Source: Candidatus Omnitrophota bacterium | GTDB lineage: Bacteria > Omnitrophota > Gorgyraeia > Gygaellales > Profunditerraquicolaceae | Assembly: GCA_028715415.1 (NCBI GenBank) | Contig: JAQURX010000012.1 | Span: 1 to 62,536, forward strand | Direction of reading: 5' to 3' | DNA: 62,536 nucleotides | Part shown: positions 28,667 to 37,073 of the stretch, in pieces | Layout: every line of letters starts with the position of its first letter | How positions within the stretch are numbered: position 1 is the stretch's first letter | Program-made: the position numbers and the translations under genes | The notes under the pieces: model-generated | Seen by the model: only the letters and a program-made list of their open reading frames with translations | The model's database searches: none | Told to the model about the DNA's origin: nothing

Positions 28667-28893
28667 TGATTAATAAATGCCCGGGGCAGGATGATAGGAA
28701 TATTAAGTCAGAATCTATTAAATGTCCAGATTGTGGATATGAAATTGAGATATTTTCTGATGAAATAAAGGTAAGGTGTCCCAAATGTAAGCATATGGCT
28801 TGCCGGGTAAGGCTGCCGGCTTGCATTGATTGGTGTAAGCACGCAAAAAAATGTATCGGCGAAGAAAAATGGAAGGAGTTAAGAGGAGGGTAG
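28666..28893 (+). CDS. Cys-rich zinc-ribbon-like small protein (10 Cys in 75 aa)
   Basis: Contains CPDC..CPKC plus further Cys residues. Its ATG overlaps the Rrf2 stop (TAATG), and its own stop lies 1 nt before the hcp ATG. Confidence 0.5.
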   Translation: MINKCPGQDDRNIKSESIKCPDCGYEIEIFSDEIKVRCPKCKHMACRVRLPACIDWCKHAKKCIGEEKWKELRGG

Positions 28894-28894
28894 T

Positions 28895-30184
28895 ATGTTT
28901 TGTTATCAATGCGAACAAACTGCAGGTGGCAGCGGATGCACTAAGATAGGGGTTTGCGGAAAGAACGAAGATATCCAAAGCCTCCAAGATTTACTCTTGT
29001 TTGGTTTAAAAGGGATAGCAGCCTATGCATTCCATGCGCGCGAATTAGGAGCAAAAGATGAAGAAGTAGATGCATTTATGCATGAAGCGTTGTTTAAGAC
29101 TGTTACCAATGTTGACTTTGATATCAATGATTATCTGGAAATTGTTTTAAAATGCGGAGCGATGAATTTAAGGGTGATGGAATTGCTTGATAAAGCGCAT
29201 ACCCAAAGGTTTGGAAATCCGGTTCCAACTGAAGTTGAGACCGGAACAAAGGCTGGCCCGGGCATACTTATCACAGGCCATGATTTGTTAGACCTTTATG
29301 AATTGCTTAAACAAACAGAAGGCACAGGAATAAATATCTATACCCACAGCGAGATGCTTCCCGCGCACGGTTATCCTGCCTTAAAGAAATTCAAACATTT
29401 AGCCGGTAATTATGGAGGCGCTTGGCAGGAACAAAAGAAAGAGTTTAGCCAATTTAGCGGGGCACTCCTAGCTACTACTAATTGTGTTTTGATTCCTCCG
29501 GAAAATACTTATCTTGATCGCTTGTTTACAGTGGGAATTACTGGTATCTCCGGAGCAGCTCACATTAAGAATCGTGATTTTACTCCGCTTATAAATAAAG
29601 CAAAATCGTTACCTTTTTTGCCCGAAGCACCTGGTAAGAAGATCATGACTGGTTTTCATCACACTGCAATTTTGGGGTTAGCGGAGAAAATTATCAGTTT
29701 AGTTAAATCCGGAAAGATTAAAAGATTTTTTCTTATCGGTGGTTGCGATGGAGCAAAGCCGGGCCGTAATTATTACACTGAGTTTGCAGAAAAAGTGCCG
29801 AAAGACTGTATTATTTTAACGCTTGCCTGTGGAAAATACCGGTTTAACAAGCTAGACTTTGGTGAAATCGAAGGGATCCCTCGCTTAATCGATATCGGCC
29901 AGTGCAATAATGCGTATTCTGCGATTCAGGTTGCTGTCAGTTTGGCTAAGGCATTCAATTGTTCGGTTAATGAGCTTCCGCTTTCAATAATTCTATCTTG
30001 GTTTGAACAGAAGGCAGTTGCAATTTTATTAACATTGTTATATCTTGATATTAAAGGAATACGTATTGGCCCAATGGCTCCGGCATTTTTATCGCCAAAT
30101 GTATTAAAAGTTGTTCAAGATAAGTATGGTTTAAAATTAATTACTTCGCCAGATAATGACCTTGCTCAGATTTTGAAGAAATGA
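28895..30184 (+). CDS. hcp: Hybrid-cluster protein (hydroxylamine/NO reductase), short class
   Basis: Has the hallmark N-terminus MFCYQCEQTAGGSGCTKIGVCGK. At 429 aa it is consistent with the short Hcp class. Confidence 0.9.
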   Translation: MFCYQCEQTAGGSGCTKIGVCGKNEDIQSLQDLLLFGLKGIAAYAFHARELGAKDEEVDAFMHEALFKTVTNVDFDINDYLEIVLKCGAMNLRVMELLDKAHTQRFGNPVPTEVETGTKAGPGILITGHDLLDLYELLKQTEGTGINIYTHSEMLPAHGYPALKKFKHLAGNYGGAWQEQKKEFSQFSGALLATTNCVLIPPENTYLDRLFTVGITGISGAAHIKNRDFTPLINKAKSLPFLPEAPGKKIMTGFHHTAILGLAEKIISLVKSGKIKRFFLIGGCDGAKPGRNYYTEFAEKVPKDCIILTLACGKYRFNKLDFGEIEGIPRLIDIGQCNNAYSAIQVAVSLAKAFNCSVNELPLSIILSWFEQKAVAILLTLLYLDIKGIRIGPMAPAFLSPNVLKVVQDKYGLKLITSPDNDLAQILKK

Positions 30185-30201
30185 CCTTGTTAGTAAAATT
30201 T

Positions 30202-30233
30202 AATATTTGCAAATATTTGGATTGTAGTATAAT
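30202..30233 (+). promoter_or_regulatory. Perfect 16-bp palindrome overlapping a putative -35, followed by TATAAT
   Basis: AATATTTGCAAATATT lies at 30202..30217. TTTGCA at 30206..30211 is separated by 16 nt from TATAAT at 30228..30233. Confidence 0.45.
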
Positions 30234-30303
30234 GGAATTGCAGATTATTGCTCTAATAATATATCGCTCTAAAGTTTATAATTATTAACAAGGAGGTGGT
30301 ATA

Positions 30304-30375
30304 ATGAGTTGTGGAGCCTGCGGAGCTAGGAAAAAAGCAAAGAAAAAGACAGCTAAGAAAAAGAAGAAGAGATAG
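30304..30375 (+). CDS. 23-aa CxxC-polylysine micro-ORF
   Basis: Translates to MSCGACGARKKAKKKTAKKKKKR. An AAGGAGGTG SD precedes the ATG by a few nt, and a 14-bp perfect hairpin follows. It is not in the ORF track. Confidence 0.4.
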   Translation: MSCGACGARKKAKKKTAKKKKKR

Positions 30376-30381
30376 TTTTTT

Positions 30382-30415
30382 AGGCGGGTATTGTTTATAA
30401 TAACAATACCCGCCT
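30382..30415 (+). terminator. Strong hairpin (terminator or attenuator candidate)
   Basis: AGGCGGGTATTGTT..AACAATACCCGCCT forms a 14-bp perfect stem, followed by TTATTATTAAAT. Confidence 0.5.
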
Positions 30416-30447
30416 TATTATTAAATGTCTTTATACCTGGTATAATA

Positions 30448-30837
30448 ATGGATAAAAAGAAGATTTTATTGATTGATGATGAGGCTATGTTCTGCCGTTT
30501 AATAAAGCGGCATCTTGAAGCAATTGCTGACTTTGAAGTTGAAGTAGCATTAGATGGAAGAGAGGGTTTAACACTTGCTAAATTGAAAAGGCCGGATTTA
30601 ATTGTTCTTGATATTATCATGCCGGGTTTGACCGGTTTTCAAGTATTGGAAAAGTTAAAGCAGGATGAAAAAACCATGTTGATCCCGGTTGTTATGCTTA
30701 GCGGCAAAGATGACCCGATTTATAAAGATAGGGCTTCTCGGTTGTATGACGAGATGTATTTAACAAAGCCGGTTGATGCCTATTTATTAAGAGATAAAAT
30801 AAATGAGGTTTTAAGAATTAGAGAGAAAAATGAATAG
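30448..30837 (+). CDS. Single-domain CheY-like response regulator
   Basis: Begins MDKKKILLIDDE at the ATG at 30448. Has the phospho-acceptor context DLIVLDIIMPGLTG and a conserved TKP. Confidence 0.8.
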   Translation: MDKKKILLIDDEAMFCRLIKRHLEAIADFEVEVALDGREGLTLAKLKRPDLIVLDIIMPGLTGFQVLEKLKQDEKTMLIPVVMLSGKDDPIYKDRASRLYDEMYLTKPVDAYLLRDKINEVLRIREKNE

Positions 30838-30851
30838 GAAGGAGATGGTTT

Positions 30852-31247
30852 ATGGCAGATTTAAAGGATTTGTTGCAAACAGCTGATTGGAAACAAGAAA
30901 AACATGTGCCGGTAATTGAGGCAGAAGAAAAAATAAAAAAAGGGGAGGCCCTAAAAATAACATTAACAGTAGGAAAGGAGATTGCGCATCCGAATACTAC
31001 TGAACACCACATTGCTTGGATTGCTGTATATTTTTTGCCTAAAGGTGAGAAGTTCCCTTATCAAGTTGGAAAGTTTGAATTTAGTGCGCATGGTGCTTCG
31101 GTCCAGGGACCGAATACCAGCACTGTCTATGCTAACCCACAAGTAACAGCTCATTTAAAGACAGAAAAATCAGGAACGATTTTGGCTGTTTCTTATTGTA
31201 ATATTCACGGGCTTTGGCAGAATGCAAAAGAATTGAATGTTGAATAG
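30852..31247 (+). CDS. Superoxide reductase (neelaredoxin-type, 1Fe-SOR)
   Basis: Carries the KHVPVIE, HPNTTEHHIAWI and CNIHGLW ligand motifs. Confidence 0.85.
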   Translation: MADLKDLLQTADWKQEKHVPVIEAEEKIKKGEALKITLTVGKEIAHPNTTEHHIAWIAVYFLPKGEKFPYQVGKFEFSAHGASVQGPNTSTVYANPQVTAHLKTEKSGTILAVSYCNIHGLWQNAKELNVE

Positions 31248-31268
31248 ATATTAAAAATGGAGGTGTTT

Positions 31269-31568
31269 ATGGGAATGTCAAGGTTAATGGGTTTGTTCGC
31301 GGTTATTCCTGCATCGGTGTTGCTAACGATTAGTTTTTTTGTATTATTTGCTATCCGTAAGGTTGAATCGCAGGGGCTAAAGGCATTTGGTTATGTTGTT
31401 TCCGCTTTTTTGTGGATTGCCGTATCTTTGATTCTTTCTGCGGGGCTTTTTACGCTTTCTACGGGACGCTGCCCTATGATGAAAATGATGGGTAAGATGC
31501 AAGGAAACATGTGCGGACAGATGCAGGGTATGCAGATGCAAATGCCAATGATGCAGCATAATAAATAA
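31269..31568 (+). CDS. Two-TM membrane protein with a Met/Gln-rich C-terminal tail
   Basis: The start is ambiguous (31257, 31269 or 31275). The tail reads CPMMKMMGKMQGNMCGQMQGMQMQMPMMQHNK. Confidence 0.5.
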   Translation: MGMSRLMGLFAVIPASVLLTISFFVLFAIRKVESQGLKAFGYVVSAFLWIAVSLILSAGLFTLSTGRCPMMKMMGKMQGNMCGQMQGMQMQMPMMQHNK

Positions 31569-31577
31569 TGATTAACG

Positions 31578-31608
31578 CCCTTTCTCTGCTTAAAAAGCAG
31601 AGAAAGGG
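31578..31608 (+). terminator. 12-bp hairpin without a U-tract
   Basis: CCCTTTCTCTGC-ttaaaaa-GCAGAGAAAGGG. Confidence 0.4.
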
Positions 31609-31656
31609 TAACCTCATTTAACTCCTCAGGCGCGTTCATTATTAATTAAATAATTT

Positions 31657-33327
31657 ATGAATAATTTTTCTATTCTAATTGGCGGGAAGGCTGGATTTGG
31701 CATTGATAAATCCGGTACTTCCATTGCAAAAATAATAAACCGGCTTTGTTATAGGATATATGTTTATCGGGATTATCCCTCTTTGATTAGGGGCGGGCAT
31801 ACATTTTCAATTATCCGCGCCAATAAAGAAAGAATCTCCTCTGGAGAAGAAAGGCTAGATTTTATCCTTGCTTTGAATCAGGATACAATTAATCTGCACA
31901 AATGGCGCTTAAAAGAAAACTCCATAGTTATTTACGATTCTGATTCTGTACAGATAGACGGATTAGCGGTTAGGAATTCTATAAGGCTACCTATAAGCAA
32001 AATCATTAAAGAAGAAAATGCCCCTGAAATCTTGCGCAATAGCTGCATGCTTGGCGCGTTTGTAAAAGCTTCAGGTATTAGCTGGGAGATATTGGATGCG
32101 GTTTTTAGAAAAGAATATGCCAAGGAATTGGATTTAAACCTTAAGGTGGCAAGAAGGGCTTTTGATGAGGCTAAAGAATTAATTAAGATTCCAGTTTTAG
32201 AGCAGAAACTGTTTCCAATCTTATCGGGAAACGAAGCAACTGGATTAGGATTGATCAAGGCAGGCTTAAAGAATTACGTTTCTTATCCCATGACTCCCAC
32301 CTCGCCAATATTGCATTTTCTTGCTGACGAAGCAAAAGATTTCGGCCTTAAAGTAATCCATCCTGAAAGTGAAATCGGTGTAATTTTAATGGCGTTGGGG
32401 TTTTCTTATATAGGAGAAAAGACTGCGGTAGGAACTTCTGGCGGCGGATTTTGTTTAATGACAGAAGGGCTAAGCTTCTCCGGTATGGCTGAATTGCCTG
32501 TAGTAATAATAGTAGGCCAGCGTCCTGGGCCAAGCACGGGTTTGCCTACTTATTCTACTCAAACAGAATTACATTTTGTTTTAAGCGCAGGACAAGGAGA
32601 GTTCTTAAGGTTTGTGGTTGCCCCTGGAGACGCGGAAGAAGCGTATTTCTGGTCCGCAGTTGCTTTAAATACTTGTTTTAAATTTCAGATTCCTTCATTT
32701 ATTCTTACCGATAAGAATTTAGGTGAAGGGCTTTTTAATTTTGATATTGATTGCATAGGTGAAATAACAGATGAAAACCCTTCTGTTTGGGATAGGAGTT
32801 CTATTTATAAGAGATACCTTGATACCGAAACGGGAATTTCTCCGCTTGCTTTTCCTCCCGAGAAAGATCAGGTTATCAAAGTTAATAGTTATGAACATGA
32901 TGAAGCCGGGATAACTACGGAAGAAGCTGTTTTGAGTATAAAAATGCAGGATAAACGTTTACGCAAAGAAAAATATCTTTTAGAGGAATTAGAAAAGTAT
33001 AGGCCTGTGAATGTTTACGGAAATTCTTTATCAGAAACTGCAATCCTTTGCTGGGGTTCAAATAAAGGAGTTTGTGTTGAAATAGCAGAAAAGTTAAATC
33101 TAAAGGTTATCCAGCCGCTTGTGTTGTCGCCATTTCCGCTAAAACAATTTTCTGAAGCTGTTTCGGGCGTTAAGAGATTAATCTGTGTTGAGAATAATGC
33201 TACTGGCCAGTTAGTAAAATTGATAAAGATGTATGGATTTAATGTTGATGGAAAGATTTTAAAATATGATGGCAGGCCTTTTTCTCTGGAAGAGTTGGAG
33301 ATGGCTTTAAAGAAGGAAATTAAATGA
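31657..33327 (+). CDS. 2-oxoacid:ferredoxin oxidoreductase, fused gamma-alpha subunit
   Basis: The N-terminal gamma-like domain begins ILIGGKAGFGID. The alpha core contains GNEATGLGLIKAG..YPMTPTSPIL. Confidence 0.85.
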   Translation: MNNFSILIGGKAGFGIDKSGTSIAKIINRLCYRIYVYRDYPSLIRGGHTFSIIRANKERISSGEERLDFILALNQDTINLHKWRLKENSIVIYDSDSVQIDGLAVRNSIRLPISKIIKEENAPEILRNSCMLGAFVKASGISWEILDAVFRKEYAKELDLNLKVARRAFDEAKELIKIPVLEQKLFPILSGNEATGLGLIKAGLKNYVSYPMTPTSPILHFLADEAKDFGLKVIHPESEIGVILMALGFSYIGEKTAVGTSGGGFCLMTEGLSFSGMAELPVVIIVGQRPGPSTGLPTYSTQTELHFVLSAGQGEFLRFVVAPGDAEEAYFWSAVALNTCFKFQIPSFILTDKNLGEGLFNFDIDCIGEITDENPSVWDRSSIYKRYLDTETGISPLAFPPEKDQVIKVNSYEHDEAGITTEEAVLSIKMQDKRLRKEKYLLEELEKYRPVNVYGNSLSETAILCWGSNKGVCVEIAEKLNLKVIQPLVLSPFPLKQFSEAVSGVKRLICVENNATGQLVKLIKMYGFNVDGKILKYDGRPFSLEELEMALKKEIK

Positions 33328-34175
33328 GCCAGGTAAACTTAAGCACTAATGCGCAAAACACTTGGTGCCCGGGTTGCGGGAACTTTGCTATTATGAATGC
33401 AATAAAGTCTGTGCTATTAGAATTGAATCAGGAAGGTTTCCCTTTAGAGAAATTCGTCATAGTCTCTGGTATCGGCTGCCATGCAAAGATTGTGGATTAT
33501 TTGAATGTTAACAGTTTTTATTCTCTGCATGGAAGGGTTGTCCCGGTTGCAGAGGCAATAAAGATTGCGAGGCCAGACATCAAAGTAATAGGGTTTGCCG
33601 GAGACGGGGACTGTTATGGGGAAGGCTTGGAGCATTTGATTTTCTCCGCAAAGCGGAATATTGACATTACTATGATTATTCATAATAACCGTGTTTATGG
33701 TTTGACAACCGGGCAATATACCCCGACTTCTCCATTAGGTTACCGTGGGCGATCAACTCCTCAGGGCACAAAAGAATCTCCTATAAATCCTTTAGAGCTT
33801 ATGCTTGCAAGCGGGGCAACATTTTTAGGCCGGGGGACTTCGCATGGTTTGGAATTATTGAAGAAATTATTTAAAGATGCAATCCTGCATAAAGGTTTTT
33901 CTCTGGTGGATGTTTTGCAGGTTTGTGTAACTTTTTATAATATGTATGAATATTATGATAAAAGAGTTTATGAATTAGAGGGGCATGATGCTTTAGATTA
34001 TCTTAAAGCGCAGGAAAAAATCAGAGAATGGGATTATAATTCTGATAAAGCTATCGCTTTAGGTTTGTTCTATAAAAAAGAAGCTCCTACTTTTGAAGAG
34101 AGTTTTAACAGGGATATTCTATCAGTACAGGAAAAAGATTCAAAACTAAAAGCATATTTGCAATTATTAATGTAA
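33324..34175 (+). CDS. 2-oxoacid:ferredoxin oxidoreductase, beta (TPP-binding) subunit
   Basis: Carries WCPGCGNF and the GDGDCYGEG TPP motif. It overlaps the alpha subunit by 4 nt. Confidence 0.85.
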   Translation: MSQVNLSTNAQNTWCPGCGNFAIMNAIKSVLLELNQEGFPLEKFVIVSGIGCHAKIVDYLNVNSFYSLHGRVVPVAEAIKIARPDIKVIGFAGDGDCYGEGLEHLIFSAKRNIDITMIIHNNRVYGLTTGQYTPTSPLGYRGRSTPQGTKESPINPLELMLASGATFLGRGTSHGLELLKKLFKDAILHKGFSLVDVLQVCVTFYNMYEYYDKRVYELEGHDALDYLKAQEKIREWDYNSDKAIALGLFYKKEAPTFEESFNRDILSVQEKDSKLKAYLQLLM

Positions 34176-34177
34176 TA

Positions 34178-34819
34178 ATGGAATTAAAGAATTTGCATTG
34201 GTTAGGTCATGACAGTTTTCGGCTAGGGTCGGAAAAGATAATTTACTTTGATCCTTATAGATTACCTAAGAATTCTCCCAAGGCCGATATTATCTTGATA
34301 ACTCATGACCATTATGATCATTGTTCGGAAACAGACGTCAAATCAATTAGCACAAAAGATGCTGTTATCCTGGCTAGTTTAGGGGCAGGAGAGAAATTAA
34401 AAGAATCAGGTGTTCTTTGTAAAGAAATAATGTTTTTAGAGCCTTTCAAAAATGCCGAGATTGGCGGGGTAAAGGTTTTTGCAGTACCCAGCTATAATAT
34501 AGGTAAGCCTTATCATCCTAAATCTGCAAAAAATCTGGGATTTATTGTTGAAGCTGAGGGATCAAAGATTTATCATGCAGGGGATACAGATAAAATACCC
34601 GAGATGGAAGATTTTCATTGTGATATTGCGCTTTTGCCTGTTGGCGGAACTTTTACAATGAATGCTCAAGAAGCATCAGAGGCAGCTTTAGTGATTAAAC
34701 CTAAAGTTGCTATTCCAATGCATTATGGCAGCGGCACAGGTTCTAAAGAAGACGGGGAGAGATTTGCAGAATTATTAAAAGGGAAGATTGAAGTTAAAAT
34801 TTTAACAAAGGAGAGTTAA
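34178..34819 (+). CDS. MBL-fold metal-dependent hydrolase (UPF0173-like)
   Basis: Carries the ITHDHYDH motif. Confidence 0.75.
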   Translation: MELKNLHWLGHDSFRLGSEKIIYFDPYRLPKNSPKADIILITHDHYDHCSETDVKSISTKDAVILASLGAGEKLKESGVLCKEIMFLEPFKNAEIGGVKVFAVPSYNIGKPYHPKSAKNLGFIVEAEGSKIYHAGDTDKIPEMEDFHCDIALLPVGGTFTMNAQEASEAALVIKPKVAIPMHYGSGTGSKEDGERFAELLKGKIEVKILTKES

Positions 34820-34820
34820 G

Positions 34821-34982
34821 ATGAGTAAATACAAGTGTTTAGTTTGCGGCTACATTTATGACCCTGCAGTAGGAGACGCAACGCAAGGAGTTAAGCCCGG
34901 TACTTCTTTTGAAAATCTTCCGGATTCATGGGTTTGCCCTGAATGCGGCGTAGGCAAAGACCAGTTTGAGAAGATAAGTTAG
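34821..34982 (+). CDS. Rubredoxin
   Basis: 53 aa: [33 protein letters not shown], with the two CxxCG knuckles. An AAGGAGAG SD is present. It is absent from the ORF track because it is under 60 aa. Confidence 0.85.
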   Translation: MSKYKCLVCGYIYDPAVGDATQGVKPGTSFENLPDSWVCPECGVGKDQFEKIS

Positions 34983-34991
34983 GAGTAAACA

Positions 34992-35843
34992 ATGGCAGGA
35001 AATATAACTTTTAAGGGTAATCCTTTAAATCTAGTTGGAAGGAATATAAAAACTGGAAGCTTAGCGCCAAATTTTAAGGTTACTTCCCAGGATCTAAAAG
35101 AAGTTTCGCTTTGGGATTTTAAGGGAAAGATAAAAATAGTGACATCTTTCCCTTCCCTTGATACTCCGGTGTGCGACCTTCAGGTGAAAGAATTTAATAA
35201 GAAAGCAACTGAATTATCGTCTAATGTTGTAATCATAGGTATCAGTAAGGATTTGCCTTTTGCGCAAAGCCGTTTTTGCGAATCGTTTGAAATAAAAAAC
35301 ATAAAAGTCCTGTCAGATTATAAGACTTCTTCTTTTGGGATTAATTACGGTTTATTAATCAAAGAATTGAATCTTTTAGCCAGATCGGTAATCATAATAG
35401 ATGAATTTGATACAATAAGATATTCCCAGTTGGTTAAAGAATTGACAAGGCCTCCGGATTATGAAGATTGTTTGAGCAATTTGGAAGAAATTATAAGAAA
35501 TCCCGGACAAGAAAAGAAAGAAGGGTTGCCTTCTTCATGTAAACCTTGTGAAGGGGGCACACCTCCTATGCCGAAGGAAAGAATTAATCAATTAATCGCT
35601 AAATACCGCGGTTGGGAAGTTATAGAAGATAAGAAAATAGTAAAGGAATTTAAATTTAAGGATTTTATTGAGGCAAAATATTTCTTAGATTTAATTTCGG
35701 TTATTGCCGAGGAAGAGGGGCATCATCCGACAATGACTATTATATATAATAAATTGAAGGTTACGCTTTCTACTCATGCCATAGGCGGCTTATCAGATAA
35801 TGATTTTATTATGGCAAAAATTATCGATGAATTAGGGGGATGA
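34992..35843 (+). CDS. tpx: Fusion protein: thiol peroxidase (Tpx) N-domain plus pterin-4a-carbinolamine dehydratase (PCD/DCoH)-like C-domain
   Basis: The Tpx part has SFPSLDTPVCDLQ (peroxidatic Cys) and QSRFC (resolving Cys). The C-terminal ~95 aa carries the PCD signature (W..F.F.DF..A..F...AEEEGHHPTM....NKLKV.L.TH..GGLS.ND). Confidence 0.8.
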   Translation: MAGNITFKGNPLNLVGRNIKTGSLAPNFKVTSQDLKEVSLWDFKGKIKIVTSFPSLDTPVCDLQVKEFNKKATELSSNVVIIGISKDLPFAQSRFCESFEIKNIKVLSDYKTSSFGINYGLLIKELNLLARSVIIIDEFDTIRYSQLVKELTRPPDYEDCLSNLEEIIRNPGQEKKEGLPSSCKPCEGGTPPMPKERINQLIAKYRGWEVIEDKKIVKEFKFKDFIEAKYFLDLISVIAEEEGHHPTMTIIYNKLKVTLSTHAIGGLSDNDFIMAKIIDELGG

Positions 35844-36349
35844 TGATGAAAAGAATAGCGGTTTTAGTAGAAGATCATTATCAGGTGCTGGAAGTTTGGT
35901 ATCCATATTTACGACTGCGCGAGGATGGTTTCAAAACAACTCTTGTAGGAACCGGGAAGAAAGAGTATAAAAGCAAGGAAGGTTATATTGCTCACGAAGA
36001 GCTTTCCATCAAACAAGTAAAAGCCGCTGATTTTGATGCCGTAGTCATCCCCGGAGGATGGGCACCGGATATCTTAAGAAGGCATAGCGAAATAAATAAC
36101 TTTGTAAGACAGATGGATGAGGAAAAGAAGGTTATTGCCTGCATTTGCCATGGAGGCTGGGTTTTAATTTCTGCAGGTATTCTAAAGGGAAGAAAAGTTA
36201 CAGGGTTTTCCGCGATTATGGATGATCTTGTGAACGCGGGTGCCGAGTATTTTGATCAGGAAGTGGTTGTTGACGGAAATTTGATTACTTCACGCAATCC
36301 TTATGATTTACCGGTTTTTTGCCTGGAGATGGTAAAACAATTAAAATAA
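35840..36349 (+). CDS. DJ-1/PfpI-family protein (deglycase/protease)
   Basis: The nucleophile elbow IACICHGGWVL is present. Confidence 0.85.
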   Translation: MMMKRIAVLVEDHYQVLEVWYPYLRLREDGFKTTLVGTGKKEYKSKEGYIAHEELSIKQVKAADFDAVVIPGGWAPDILRRHSEINNFVRQMDEEKKVIACICHGGWVLISAGILKGRKVTGFSAIMDDLVNAGAEYFDQEVVVDGNLITSRNPYDLPVFCLEMVKQLK

Positions 36350-36350
36350 G

Positions 36351-37055
36351 ATGCCCATAGAGAAAGTATTGCAAATCAAAGAAATAATTCAAAGGGCTCC
36401 CGGGGTAAAAAGTTTTCGCCTGGAAGTAAAAGATTGGATTGACTTCTCAGCAGGGCAGTTTCTTTGCGCAAGTTTAATTTCCGATAATGAATCCAAGAGG
36501 TATCTTTCTATCTCAAGTTCACCAACGGAAAGATGCTATATTGAGTTTACCAAAAGGATTACTCAGAGCGATTTCTCCAAGGCGTTAGATAATTTAAAGC
36601 CCGGAGACTCGCTTAAAATACAATACCCTTTCGGTAAGTTTATTCTGCAGGATACTTCATCAAAAATCGCATTTCTTTCAGGGGGGATAGGGATAACTCC
36701 TATTAGAAGTATCTGCAAATATGTCGTTGATAAGAATTTAGGCATAGATATGGTTTTGGTTTATGCTAACCAATCTATTAAAGGCATAATCTTTAGGGAA
36801 GATTTTGATGCGATGCAGAAACAGTATACGAGATTAAAAGTTTCCCATGTTCTTTGCGAGCCTGCACCGGACTTTAAGTGTAGTATCGGATTAATTAACA
36901 GTAGTATTATTAAAAATGAAATTCCGGATTATCTACTAAGGAAATTTTATTTGTGCGGGCCTCCGGCGATGGTGGAGGCGATGAAAAAAATATTAACAGA
37001 AGAATTAAGCCTACCAAAAGAAAACATTATTACTGAGAACTTTGTAGGGTATTGA
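36351..37055 (+). CDS. FNR-like FAD/NAD(P)-binding oxidoreductase
   Basis: Carries RYLSISSSP (RxYS), GGIGITP and CGPPAM motifs. Confidence 0.7.
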   Translation: MPIEKVLQIKEIIQRAPGVKSFRLEVKDWIDFSAGQFLCASLISDNESKRYLSISSSPTERCYIEFTKRITQSDFSKALDNLKPGDSLKIQYPFGKFILQDTSSKIAFLSGGIGITPIRSICKYVVDKNLGIDMVLVYANQSIKGIIFREDFDAMQKQYTRLKVSHVLCEPAPDFKCSIGLINSSIIKNEIPDYLLRKFYLCGPPAMVEAMKKILTEELSLPKENIITENFVGY

Positions 37056-37073
37056 TTTAAGTTTCTAATATAT

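Noticed and set aside
28895-30184. Hcp of only 429 aa, considered as a truncated gene or pseudogene.
   Set aside because: The N-terminal Cys cluster is intact and the ORF is uninterrupted and tightly packed in its operon. A short Hcp class of about this length is known from thermophilic and anaerobic organisms.
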